Origin: Myxococcota bacterium
GTDB taxonomy: Bacteria; Myxococcota; JACRCW01
Direction of reading: 5' to 3'
Length of the DNA stretch: 64,000 bases
Assembly: GCA_040752415.1 (NCBI GenBank)
Contig: JBFMGU010000021.1
Span: 1-64,000, forward strand
A model generated the notes under the pieces. It had not been told where the DNA came from and made no database searches. It saw only the letters and a program-made list of their open reading frames with translations. Shown in pieces: positions 19,169 to 28,652 of this stretch (position 1 is its first letter; each line of letters starts with the position of its first letter). Position numbers and translations under genes: made by a program.

Positions 19169-22100
19169 TTACGGGCTGTGGACGTCCGCGCGCACGCCGG
19201 TGGGACCGTCGTTGCCCAGCGAGCTGCCGCCGCTTCCCGCGGTGCCCAGTGAGAACGTGTTGGTCCCCAGCGCCGGCGTCGCCCCGCCCGCCACCAGCAC
19301 ACCCACGCTGGGACCACCCGCGCCACCACCGCCGTGACCGCCACGGCCGCCCTTCCCTCCGTCGCCACCACGCCCGCCGTTGGAACCGTCGTCCTGCTCG
19401 TTGGAGCCGCCGTAGGGATTGCCGGCGTTGGACGTGTCGCTGCGCCGTCCGCCGCGACCACCGTCGCCACCCACCTGGCCCGTGCCACCGTCGCCGCCGT
19501 TGGCTCCGCCGCGTGTGCGCAACGTGCACGACGTGATGCTCACGTTGGACGCCCACAGGTAGACCGCGAAGGAGCCACCACCGGAGCGACCACCGGTTCC
19601 CGGCGCGCCGCCGCATCCACCGCCCCCGCCGCCACCGCCACCGCCACCATAGGAGTTGCAGTCGGACTCGCCGCCACCACCGCCGCCACCGCCGCCACCA
19701 CCCGCGCCCGGGCTGCCGGTGTCTCCTGTCTGACCATTCGACGGCGAGTAGCCCGACGCCGCGTAGCTCGGCGAGCCCGGGGAACCTTCGGCGCCGGGGC
19801 TCCCGTTGGCGCCGTTGGTTCCGCGGTATTGGACCGTGGGCTCCCAGTTGCCCTGGTGCGGCGGCGTGCCCGCTCCGGCCGGGGTCCCGCCAGCTCCCTG
19901 CGCCCCTGCGTTGCCGTAATTGCCATCCTTGCGCGCGCTGCCGCCGCCGCCGCCGGGCATGCCGCACACGCTGCTCCCTTCCCCGCCGCCCTGGGGCTGT
20001 GAGCAACCCGAGCAGAACCCGCCGGAGTCCTCACACCCCTCCTGGCCCTGTCCGCCGTTGCCACCCACCGTGGCCGTACCCGCCACCGACGACCCGGCTC
20101 CACCCACCGCGCCGCGCCCCGCCTCGACGGTGCACTGGTTGAGGACGAGCCCCGGCGAGTTGATGGCCCGCACACCGTACGCGGAGCCGGTGGCCGCGTC
20201 CGTCCCGACGACGGAAAGGCGATCCAAGACCGTGGCGCCCGTGATGTCCTGCGCCAGCACCGCGGTGGCGCTGTTCACCAGCAACTCACTGATGGCGCTG
20301 TTGCTACGCGTGGCGAAGTCCTGGCTAAACCCGCCGTAGAGGGAGACGCCGTTGACCACGCTGAGCGTCCCGTCGACACCGTAGGAGCCCTGCGCAATGT
20401 ACACGTCGCGACCGCTGCCCGCGGCCAGGGTCAACGCCTCCTCCACGGAGGACAGTGGTTGCGTGCGTGTCCCCGGCGCACCATCAACGCCCGAGGGGCT
20501 CACGAAGACCGCGTCATCCGGGTCACCGTCGATGCCGTCGCAGTTGAAGTCCACGAATCCGTCATCCGGGACGTCCAGGCCGCCCTGGAACACGCAGCCG
20601 TACTCACAGCCGTTGCTGTTGGCGGTGTTGAGGTCGCCGTCGAGGTCCCAGTAGTCCGTGAGGCAGGCATAGGTGCAGGACGCGCCCACCTGCGTGAACG
20701 ACGTGCCCGGTACCGACGGACAGGGCCGCCCGCTGCCAATGAGCGTGACCTCGGTGGTGGGCACTGCACCGTCGTTGCTGGTGATGGTGACCGTGGCGGA
20801 ATACGGGACCGCGGCCGGCGGCGTGAAGCCCACCTCGATCTGCAACGGCGGAGAACCGAACTGCAGTGACGCCGGGAGGCTTCCGAGAACCGTCATGGAG
20901 AACGGCGTCCCCGAGGGCAGACTGACGTCGGTGATGACCAGCGTTCCCGGGCCGTCGTTGTAGACGTTGATGATCTGCGGGGACGCCGCCACGTCAACCG
21001 TGACCACGTCGAAGTTCACCAGCGAGGGCTGCACCACGATGTCCGGCTGCACCGCCGTCCCGCTGACGGGCACTTCCACGCGGCCGTTGTCGGGGTCGTC
21101 GCTGAGGATGACCACGGTGGCTGCGTCCGTGGTGCCGGTGACGGGCGCCTGCGGGTGATAGGCCACGTTGATCTCGAAATTCGGCGTGGGATCGTTCCCG
21201 TTGGCCAGCGGTTGCAGCGGGTCGGCGAACGTCGTCGGGGAGAGCGTGAAGCGCGCGGCGCCGGGGCCTTCCAACAGGATGGAGAGGATGCGCAGCTCAC
21301 CGGGCCCCTGGTTGCGGATGGACAGTGGCAGCGTGGCGGAAGTGCCCACGTAGCGCTCCCCGAAGGACAACGACGTGGGAACCACGATGGTGGGCTCCAG
21401 CCGTCCCGTGCCGGAGAGGTCCACCGGAATGGCGGCGCCGCTGTCGTGCGCAACCAACGCGCGTCCCGTGACCGGCCCCGGGTCGGTGGGGAGGAACTGG
21501 AAGGTCAGTGTCGTCGAGCCTTGCGGTTGCAGCGTGGCACTGGCGGCTCCCGCGGCGAGGGTGAACGCGGTGCTCCCCTCCATGGTCACGCCCTGCAGCG
21601 TCAGCGACGCGTCGCCGGTGTTGGTCACGGTGACGGTTGCCTGCGCGGGACGTCCGATGAACACCTCAGGGAACAGCAGCTGCGTGGGCGAGACGGAGAT
21701 CTGCCCCTGCACGCCGGTGCCCAGCAGGGAGACCACCAGGGACGGGGAGGCCTCGTCGCTGCTGGTGATGACCAGGTTGTCGGTGTGCGCGCCCTGCGTG
21801 GCGGGAGTGAACGTCACGCTGAGCTCCAGCGGCGGACCGGACAGGGAGAGCAGCGCGGGCAGCGGGCGGTCGGGCGTGACGGTGAACGGGCTGCCCTGCG
21901 GGAGCGTGACGTCGTTGATCATCAACGTGCCAAAGCCATTGTTGCGCACGGAGATAAGCTGGCTGATGGACGTGGTGCCCTGCCGCACCGACTGGAAATC
22001 CAGGCTGGTGGGCTGCGCCACGATGACCGGCTGGATGGCCAAGCCGCTGAGCGGGACCTCGGCGCGGGTGTTGTCCGGATCATTGCTCACGATGACCAGC

Positions 22101-23746
22101 GCCGCGGTGTCGTTGACGGCGGTGAGCGGCTCCTCCGGGTGGTACGAGACGTTGACGACGTACGCGGGCTCGGTGGCGTCGACGTCGAGGAGCGGGTCCA
22201 GCGGGTCGGGGAAGCTGGTGGGGGAGATGGTGAAGCGGCCCGCCTGCGGCCCCTCCACGGAGATGCTCTGGATGTGCAGCACGCCGGGGCCACCGTTGCG
22301 GATGCTCACCTGGCGCGAAGCCGAGGTCCCCACGTACACGCCGCCGAACGGCAGGTCCGCGGGCAGCAGGATCTCCGGCTCCAACGCCGCCACACCGCTG
22401 AGGGCCAGCACCAACGGCTCGGTCCCGTCGTGGAGGATGGTGGCCTGCGCATCCACGGTACCGGGCGCGGTGGGCGTGAACTGGAAGGTCAGCACCACGT
22501 CGTCACCGGGCTGCAGTGTGACGTTGGGCGGCGCGCCCACCAGCGTGAAGGAGGGGTCGCCCGCCAGGGCCAAGCCCGTCAACGCGGTGGGCGCCTCCCC
22601 GACGTTCGAGACGGTGGCATCCGCCTGGTACACGCGCCCCACGAACGTCTCCGCGAACATCAACATCGACGGGGTGAGCGCCAGCTGCCCGGCAATCCCG
22701 CGCGCGCTGAGGCTCACGTTGGTCTGCGCCGCGTCGGCGCCGCTGCCGTGCAGCACGGTCAGGGTGGCGGAGGCGTCGCCGAGCGTCGTCGGGGCGAAGC
22801 GCACCTGGATGGGGAAGGTGTCCGGCGGAGTGCCCGTGTCGTCGACGCAGATGCCATTGGTGCAGGTGTCAAATCCCGCGGGGCAATCCTGCGGACCGTT
22901 GGGACAGCGGCCGATGAACGCGGAGAGGACACCGTCCGCGACGTCGGGGTGAATCAGTGAGAAGCCCACGTTGTCGGGTGTGAGCTGGATGCCGGTCAGC
23001 GTGAGGACGGAGTCGCTGGAGCCCTGGTTGCGGACGAACAGCGTGGTGTCGTTCTCCGCGCCCATGGGAACCGCGCCCAGGTCCAGCGCCACCGCGTTGG
23101 GATAGAGCACCTCGATCTCATTGGTGAGGCTGATGGCCGGCACGCCCTTGAACTCCGCCACCAGCTCCACCGAGGCGATGCCTCCACCCGCGCCGCTGTG
23201 GACGGCCTTGAGCTGCGCGGTGTCCGCCTCCCCGTCGAGCGGCGTGTGCGTGACGGTGACGTCCAGCTCATCCAGCGGATTGAGCGTGACGTTCATGTTC
23301 CCCAGCGGCGTGGCCGTGAACTCGCCGGACGCATTGTCGTCGAGGGCGATGACGAAGATGGTGAGCGGCGCATCCCCCACGTTGACGAAGAAGACACGAC
23401 GCTCCACCGGGATGCCCAGGCGTTGGCCGCCGAACTCCACGGTGTCGTCGGGGCGGGCCTCCAGGATGCCCATGGGCACGGCGGCATCCGCGCCCTCTCC
23501 GCCGTCACCCTGCCCACCCGCGTCCGGTGTGTCCGTCGACGCGTCGCGCTCCGGCGGACGGATGCGACACTCTCCCGCACGACACACCGACCCGCTCCCG
23601 CAGTCGTTGTCGGAGACGCAGAGCAACGCGGGTCCGGCGTCGGTATCTTCGCCCTCGCCGGTGGTGTTGGGGTTGCAGTTGGCTGCCATGACGCCAACGG
23701 ACAGCGACACGAGCAGCAGGGGACGCCACGATCGCAACGCGCGCAT
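19169..23746 (-). CDS. Large surface lipoprotein/adhesin: Cys module, ~8 Ig-like (ASH/choice-of-anchor D type) domains, DxNCDGxD motif, beta-helix-like region, Gly-rich tail
   Basis: Signal peptide ending MAANC; CVSDNDCGSGSVCRAGEC; repeated 'L.FG...VG......NxGxxxLxI....F.P'; DFNCDGIDGD; VFVSPSGVDGAPGTRTQPL; C-terminal GGxGG repeats. Confidence 0.85.
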   Translation of the reverse strand: MRALRSWRPLLLVSLSVGVMAANCNPNTTGEGEDTDAGPALLCVSDNDCGSGSVCRAGECRIRPPERDASTDTPDAGGQGDGGEGADAAVPMGILEARPDDTVEFGGQRLGIPVERRVFFVNVGDAPLTIFVIALDDNASGEFTATPLGNMNVTLNPLDELDVTVTHTPLDGEADTAQLKAVHSGAGGGIASVELVAEFKGVPAISLTNEIEVLYPNAVALDLGAVPMGAENDTTLFVRNQGSSDSVLTLTGIQLTPDNVGFSLIHPDVADGVLSAFIGRCPNGPQDCPAGFDTCTNGICVDDTGTPPDTFPIQVRFAPTTLGDASATLTVLHGSGADAAQTNVSLSARGIAGQLALTPSMLMFAETFVGRVYQADATVSNVGEAPTALTGLALAGDPSFTLVGAPPNVTLQPGDDVVLTFQFTPTAPGTVDAQATILHDGTEPLVLALSGVAALEPEILLPADLPFGGVYVGTSASRQVSIRNGGPGVLHIQSISVEGPQAGRFTISPTSFPDPLDPLLDVDATEPAYVVNVSYHPEEPLTAVNDTAALVIVSNDPDNTRAEVPLSGLAIQPVIVAQPTSLDFQSVRQGTTSISQLISVRNNGFGTLMINDVTLPQGSPFTVTPDRPLPALLSLSGPPLELSVTFTPATQGAHTDNLVITSSDEASPSLVVSLLGTGVQGQISVSPTQLLFPEVFIGRPAQATVTVTNTGDASLTLQGVTMEGSTAFTLAAGAASATLQPQGSTTLTFQFLPTDPGPVTGRALVAHDSGAAIPVDLSGTGRLEPTIVVPTSLSFGERYVGTSATLPLSIRNQGPGELRILSILLEGPGAARFTLSPTTFADPLQPLANGNDPTPNFEINVAYHPQAPVTGTTDAATVVILSDDPDNGRVEVPVSGTAVQPDIVVQPSLVNFDVVTVDVAASPQIINVYNDGPGTLVITDVSLPSGTPFSMTVLGSLPASLQFGSPPLQIEVGFTPPAAVPYSATVTITSNDGAVPTTEVTLIGSGRPCPSVPGTSFTQVGASCTYACLTDYWDLDGDLNTANSNGCEYGCVFQGGLDVPDDGFVDFNCDGIDGDPDDAVFVSPSGVDGAPGTRTQPLSSVEEALTLAAGSGRDVYIAQGSYGVDGTLSVVNGVSLYGGFSQDFATRSNSAISELLVNSATAVLAQDITGATVLDRLSVVGTDAATGSAYGVRAINSPGLVLNQCTVEAGRGAVGGAGSSVAGTATVGGNGGQGQEGCEDSGGFCSGCSQPQGGGEGSSVCGMPGGGGGSARKDGNYGNAGAQGAGGTPAGAGTPPHQGNWEPTVQYRGTNGANGSPGAEGSPGSPSYAASGYSPSNGQTGDTGSPGAGGGGGGGGGGGESDCNSYGGGGGGGGGGGCGGAPGTGGRSGGGSFAVYLWASNVSITSCTLRTRGGANGGDGGTGQVGGDGGRGGRRSDTSNAGNPYGGSNEQDDGSNGGRGGDGGKGGRGGHGGGGAGGPSVGVLVAGGATPALGTNTFSLGTAGSGGSSLGNDGPTGVRADVHSP

Positions 23747-23757
23747 GGCCCCAGAGG

Positions 23758-24384
23758 CTAGCGCCCCGGCGCGTCAACCTCCACGCCCGCCACGACGGAC
23801 TGCGCCAAGGGGATGTGGGCCATCCGCGTATAACGTGCGCCACCGGGCTGCGTGTCGCTCCGCATCAGCGCCAGGTGGCCCACGGTCAGCTCGCCCAGCT
23901 CGCCCACCTCGTGATTCCCCAGGACCTCGCCCAGCGCGCGCACCGACGGACCGCGAGCATCACGGGAGACCCGGCCCAGGGTGAGGTGGGGTGAGAAGTC
24001 CCGCTCCTCCGCCGGATAGCCCAAGGGCACCAGGGCCTCTTCCACGTCGTGGTGGAGCGCGCGCAGGCGGTCCAGGTTCCGCTCCGCGATGCCCACCCAG
24101 ATCACGTGCGGCTTGCGCGCACTGGGAAAGCACCCCAGCGAGGTCAACGTCAGCGCGAAGGGCGCATGCGCCTTCGCCACCGCGTGCAGCTTCCCCACCA
24201 GCTCCTCCTGCTGCTCCACGGGCATCTGCCCCAGGAACTTGAGCGTGAGGTGCAGGTTGTCCGCGGGCACCCACTTCACCACCCGTGGCGGCGTCCCGGC
24301 GCGCAGCTTCCCGGTCAGCTCGTCGAGCACCTGGCGCAGCGTCGGAGGCAGCTCCACGGCAATGAACGCACGCACCGAGCCCAT
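23758..24384 (-). CDS. thpR: RNA 2',3'-cyclic phosphodiesterase (2H phosphoesterase, LigT/ThpR)
   Basis: RAFIAVELP start; two HxT motifs, NLHLTLKFLG and FSPHLTLGR. Confidence 0.93.
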   Translation of the reverse strand: MGSVRAFIAVELPPTLRQVLDELTGKLRAGTPPRVVKWVPADNLHLTLKFLGQMPVEQQEELVGKLHAVAKAHAPFALTLTSLGCFPSARKPHVIWVGIAERNLDRLRALHHDVEEALVPLGYPAEERDFSPHLTLGRVSRDARGPSVRALGEVLGNHEVGELGELTVGHLALMRSDTQPGGARYTRMAHIPLAQSVVAGVEVDAPGR

Positions 24385-24393
24385 GGTGACACC

Positions 24394-24939
24394 TCACACC
24401 TTGCGCACCTCGTCGAGGACGGCGCGGTACTCGTCGATGATGGCGTGGGGCGGGAGCGTGCGGGTCACCTGCCCCAGCGCGTCGAACCGTGCCAGCTGCG
24501 CTTCCTTGCCCCGCTTGAACATGGCCCACGGGTCACCGTGATGCCGCGCGCACACGACGATGGACTGGAAGTTGTCGATCTTGTCGGCGAGCGTGATGGC
24601 CTGCGCCTCCCAGGGCTTGACCTTGAAGTGCTCCAGGTAGCGTGCCTTGCGCTCCTCCCACCCCAGCGACTTGTCATCCTCGCTGACGTGGCGCACCAGG
24701 TCGGCAACGCGGGGCGTGAACATGGACACCAGCTGCGCGTGGGTCACGGCAGCGTCCTCCATGACGTCGTGGAGCGCGCCAGCGGCCTGGACCTCCTCGT
24801 CAAAACCGTGCCGGGCCAGCACGGCCACCACGCCGGCCACGTGGCTCACGTAGGGGACCTCGACGCCGGGGTACTTGCGCCGCTGGTCGCGGTGCCACAC
24901 GGCCGCCTGGTCCAGGGCGCGCTTGAGCAGGAAGCGCAT
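24394..24939 (-). CDS. Stand-alone HD-domain protein, SpoT/Mesh1-like small alarmone hydrolase family
   Basis: HRDQRRK...PYVSHVAGV, AAGALHDVMED, ITLADKIDN. Confidence 0.88.
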   Translation of the reverse strand: MRFLLKRALDQAAVWHRDQRRKYPGVEVPYVSHVAGVVAVLARHGFDEEVQAAGALHDVMEDAAVTHAQLVSMFTPRVADLVRHVSEDDKSLGWEERKARYLEHFKVKPWEAQAITLADKIDNFQSIVVCARHHGDPWAMFKRGKEAQLARFDALGQVTRTLPPHAIIDEYRAVLDEVRKV

Positions 24940-25029
24940 GGGCTCATCCTAGAGGTCGCCGCGGGCACCCGCATCCCTTGCACCGTCATCCGCACAGCAC
25001 GACGAGGGCCCTCTGCTATAAGCGCCGCC

Positions 25030-25587
25030 ATGGCTGAGGCATCCGTCCAGACCGGCAACGACCGGGCCTTCTACGTCTTCAACGCCCTGCTCTCCGCGGC
25101 GGCGCTGTCCTTCCTCACGTACATCCTCGTCATCCGTCGTGGCGGCGAGGCCGGCAGCTGGGACCTGCGCTTCCTCCCCGCGGTGAACGCCAGCCTCAAC
25201 TCGCTGGCTTCCGTGTTCCTGGTCAGCGGCTACCTGGCCATCCGACGGGGCAACATCCGCCTGCACAAGTTCTGCATGATCTCCGCGCTGGCGGCCAGCA
25301 CGTTGTTCCTGGTCAGCTACCTCACCTACCACCACGTCCACGGCGACACGAAGTACGTGGGAGAAGGCATCCTGCGCGGCGTCTACTTCTTCATCCTCAT
25401 CAGCCACATCCTGCTCTCGGCGGTGCTGTTCCCCATGGCGCTGACGGTGGTCTACTTCGTGGTGCGCCAGCGGTTTGACCGGCACAAGCGCCTGGCGCGG
25501 ATTGCGTTCCCCATCTGGGTGTACGTCAGCGTCACCGGCGTGGTGATCTTCTTCATGCTGCGCGGCAGCCCGCCCGCCGTTCCCTGA
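25030..25587 (+). CDS. DUF420 (YozB-like) membrane protein
   Basis: LPAVNASLN, HKFCM, FLVSYLTYH, SHILLSA, HKRLAR..PIWVYVSVTGV. Confidence 0.88.
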   Translation: MAEASVQTGNDRAFYVFNALLSAAALSFLTYILVIRRGGEAGSWDLRFLPAVNASLNSLASVFLVSGYLAIRRGNIRLHKFCMISALAASTLFLVSYLTYHHVHGDTKYVGEGILRGVYFFILISHILLSAVLFPMALTVVYFVVRQRFDRHKRLARIAFPIWVYVSVTGVVIFFMLRGSPPAVP

Positions 25588-25591
25588 GCGC

Positions 25592-25918
25592 TCACGGCGC
25601 GCGACGTCGCAATTCCTCGTCGACAAACGCGCGCACCACCGCCAGCTCCTCCGCCGGGATGTCCTGCCCCTCGGGCCCCAGGCGAAACAGCAGGTCCCGC
25701 AGCTGGTGCGGGCGCAGGTTCACCGACCAGTCCGCGAGATTCAGGTTGTAGACCGCCAGCGCGCCCGCCTGCGCGGTGGGTTGGTCCTCGCGGTGACAGG
25801 TGCCGCAGTGCACCTCCAGCACCAGGCGCGTGGCCTCGGCGTGGGGATTGGGCGCGGGTGGCGGCTGGCGACACGCAAGCAACAGCAGGGTCGCCAGGAG
25901 CGCGCGTGACGACGTCAC
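25592..25918 (-). CDS. Small lipoprotein with one c-type heme motif
   Basis: LLLLAC lipobox; CGTCH (CxxCH). Confidence 0.7.
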   Translation of the reverse strand: MTSSRALLATLLLLACRQPPPAPNPHAEATRLVLEVHCGTCHREDQPTAQAGALAVYNLNLADWSVNLRPHQLRDLLFRLGPEGQDIPAEELAVVRAFVDEELRRRAP

Positions 25919-26802
25919 GGGTTCAGCAGCACGGCGGGACGGTAGCTTCCCGGCAGCTTCTCGTGCCCGGCCTCGCCCTCCAGCACCAGCTGCTGGAAGG
26001 TCCCGCCACGCTCCTGGACCTTGTCATGCGTGTACTTCAGCGCGCTGGGCTTGCCGGCCCTGGGCTTGAGCTGCAGGCGTCCATTGGCGACGTCCCAGGT
26101 GCCGCTCAACGTGGTGGGCGAGCCTTCCATCAGCGGCTCGAAGCGCCAGGTGAACGTGCCGTCCAGCGCCAGCGTGAGGAACCGCTCCGGCGCACTGGGG
26201 TTGTCCACCCACGGGCCCACCAGGCGCAGCTTGGGCCGGGTGATGCCACGCACCTGCCGCGCAACCGCCTCGCCCGTCAGCGGCATGTCGCCCTTGCGGA
26301 GGCTGAGCTCACCCAGGCACGCGCCCGCGCCCGCCTTCTCCGACGGGAAGACGTCCTTGATCGTGATCGTCAGCTCGCGCACCGTCATGGGCGGCTGGAG
26401 CATGACTTCCTGGAGCTTCGCGTCGTCGATGAACACGACGGTGCGGCGCTCCTTCCCGTCATTGAGCTCCAGCTCACGCACGCGCGCGTGGCCGCCGTCC
26501 AGCAGCGTCCCCACCACGACCCCCGGCACGCCGCCCACGTGGGTGATGGTCTCCGGCTTCATGAACCCCAGCACCAGCGACTGCCCCACGGCGTCACCGG
26601 CGGTGCACCAGCCCGTGGTGGGCTTGCCGTCCAGCGCGTTGAAGGGCCAGGTGGAGGGCGCCTCACCGTTCTCGCTGCTGGTGGCAATCACGTAGCTGAA
26701 CACGCCCGGGACCGACTTGTCCGCGCGCGCCACCGTCCCCAGCAGCAGCAGCGTTGCCGCGCCGCACAGCTCCCGCTTCCACTTCGTGATGCGCGTCGTC
26801 AT
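25915..26802 (-). CDS. Secreted protein with discoidin/F5-8-like domain
   Basis: Signal peptide ending VARA; ATSS..WPFNALDGKPTTGWC...GQSL; stop overlaps the start of the heme lipoprotein gene. Confidence 0.7.
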   Translation of the reverse strand: MTTRITKWKRELCGAATLLLLGTVARADKSVPGVFSYVIATSSENGEAPSTWPFNALDGKPTTGWCTAGDAVGQSLVLGFMKPETITHVGGVPGVVVGTLLDGGHARVRELELNDGKERRTVVFIDDAKLQEVMLQPPMTVRELTITIKDVFPSEKAGAGACLGELSLRKGDMPLTGEAVARQVRGITRPKLRLVGPWVDNPSAPERFLTLALDGTFTWRFEPLMEGSPTTLSGTWDVANGRLQLKPRAGKPSALKYTHDKVQERGGTFQQLVLEGEAGHEKLPGSYRPAVLLNP

Positions 26803-26887
26803 GGGATCACCCATTCCAGGTCCAGCGGAAGCGGATAGTGTAGGTCTGGCGCGTCGGCGCACCAACAATTTCCACCCCGGAATCTCC

Positions 26888-27433
26888 GTGGCCCCCAACC
26901 CGCTGCAAACCGCGCAGGATCTCGAGGACGCGCTGCCCCCCGCGGACGCGCGTGACGTCGAGGCGGCGTACGCGCACGCGCTGCACTGGGCCCACCAGGC
27001 GGGCGACCACCTCTCCGCCGCGCGCGCCCACCTGGGGCGATCCCGGGCACTGCGCCTGCTGGGCCAGGGTGACGACGCGCGCGCGGCGGCGGACCTGGCG
27101 GCGCAACTGGCGCAGCACGCGGGGCAGGACGCGGCCCATCGCTCGGTGGAGGGTGCGGCGCTGCTGCAGCTGGCGGAGCTGGCGCTGGACGAGGGGCACA
27201 GCAAGGACGCGCACGATCACCTGGTGGCCGCCCTGGAGGCGCTGGACGAGAGCGGGGACCGCGCGGGACTGGCGGCGGCGGCGCGCGCGTACGGTGAGCA
27301 CCTGGCGGTCCTGGGCGCGTGGGATGAGGCGCGCGCGGGTCTGACGTTGGCGGCGCGGCTCTACCGGGAGCTGGGTGACGACGAGCGCGCGCGCTGGGTG
27401 GAGGAGCAGCTGGCGCACCTGGCGGGGCGGTGA
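26888..27433 (+). CDS. TPR-like helical repeat protein
   Basis: Ala/Leu-rich helical repeats (AHLGRSRALRLLG; ALLQLAELALDEG; AARLYRELGD); start uncertain. Confidence 0.55.
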   Translation: MAPNPLQTAQDLEDALPPADARDVEAAYAHALHWAHQAGDHLSAARAHLGRSRALRLLGQGDDARAAADLAAQLAQHAGQDAAHRSVEGAALLQLAELALDEGHSKDAHDHLVAALEALDESGDRAGLAAAARAYGEHLAVLGAWDEARAGLTLAARLYRELGDDERARWVEEQLAHLAGR

Positions 27434-27436
27434 CGG

Positions 27437-27766
27437 TCAGCCGCGCTGGCGCTCCACGCGGTCAATGAGCTCGTGCAGGCGCTCCAGGTCCGCGGGATCC
27501 AGGCGGATGAACTGCACGCCCTGGCCGCCGTCCCTGCCGTTGCGCACCACGCGCCCCTCCCCGCTGATGAGGTGCATGCCCTCGCGCGTGAGGAACTGCA
27601 GGAAGACCACGCTGCCTTCCGGCACGGCCTCCGCGTTGGAGATGAACAGGCCGCCCTCGGAGACGTTCACGGCGTAGTCGGTGCGGAACTCGCCCAGCGG
27701 GCTGAACCGGTATTGCACCAGCAGCGGGATGCGCACGCGCTTGAAGCGTCGCTTGTCGGAGTCCAC
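27437..27766 (-). CDS. Stand-alone PilZ-domain protein
   Basis: KRRFKR (RxxxR) and NVSEGG ([D/N]xSxxG) motifs; GVQFIRLD. Confidence 0.9.
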   Translation of the reverse strand: MDSDKRRFKRVRIPLLVQYRFSPLGEFRTDYAVNVSEGGLFISNAEAVPEGSVVFLQFLTREGMHLISGEGRVVRNGRDGGQGVQFIRLDPADLERLHELIDRVERQRG

Positions 27767-27803
27767 CTCCGGAGCATGGCCACCGCCGGTCTGGGCGTCA
27801 ACG

Positions 27804-28652
27804 TCAGGGCAGCACGGCGATCACGATCCCGACGCCAATCACCACGACGCTGACAATCCCGCCCACGTCGGCGAGCAGCGCGGGGGCAAAGCCCCAGAAC
27901 TTGATGAGCGGCTCGGGGAGGCCCTGTGCCACGAGGCTGGCGTGCGCGAACCGGGAGCCCCCGAACAGCACCAGGCTGCCGATACCCAGACCCACCGCGC
28001 CGGCCAGGAGCAGCGCGCCCACGCCCACCACGCCCAGGCCGCCCACCCGACGGGGCCAGCTTGAGCCGCTGCCGTCCTCCTCCTTGGTGGGAGTGGAGGA
28101 CTGGCCGCCACCGTCGGAAGCCGTCGCAGTCTGCCCTCCGGCGGGCGGGGCGGGACGGGGCGGAGGCGGCGGGCCGCCGGGGATGGCCTGCATCAGCGTC
28201 CCCACGACGTGGGGGAGCAGCATCAGCAGGGCCTGCGCGTCGCCCTGCACCTGCTCGCTGACGCGCCCCAGCACCTTGGCGTTGCGGATGTCCACCAGGC
28301 TGAGGTTGAGGATGGTGGCGGTGCCCAGCTTGCCCACCGAGCCGGTCACCATGTCGTCGACACCCAGCGCCGCGCCAATCTCCGCCAGGCAGCTGTCGTC
28401 GGTGCAGGCGAGCAGGCTGCGCTGCTGCTCAAAGCTCACCATGCTCTTGATCTCCGACGTGCCGATGACGCGCAGGTCCACGCGCTTGGCCACCTCGGTG
28501 GTGATGACGTCGGTGAGCAGCTCCGCGGTCTTGTCATCCACGCCGGTCTTGGCCTGCAGGGGCAGCACCGCCACCTTGGTCTCGGCGTGGGCCCCCGCCG
28601 GAACCGCACCCAGCACGATGCCCCAGCAAAGGGCGAGACAGGGGGCCTTCAT
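27804..28652 (-). CDS. Secreted alpha/beta-domain protein (TolB-N/CsgG-like) with Pro linker and C-terminal TM helices; lipoprotein partner 1
   Basis: Signal peptide ending AHA; VAVLPL..GV; FEQQRSLLACTDDSCLAEIGAALGVD; two hydrophobic C-terminal segments; ATGA overlap with upstream gene. Confidence 0.75.
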   Translation of the reverse strand: MKAPCLALCWGIVLGAVPAGAHAETKVAVLPLQAKTGVDDKTAELLTDVITTEVAKRVDLRVIGTSEIKSMVSFEQQRSLLACTDDSCLAEIGAALGVDDMVTGSVGKLGTATILNLSLVDIRNAKVLGRVSEQVQGDAQALLMLLPHVVGTLMQAIPGGPPPPPRPAPPAGGQTATASDGGGQSSTPTKEEDGSGSSWPRRVGGLGVVGVGALLLAGAVGLGIGSLVLFGGSRFAHASLVAQGLPEPLIKFWGFAPALLADVGGIVSVVVIGVGIVIAVLP

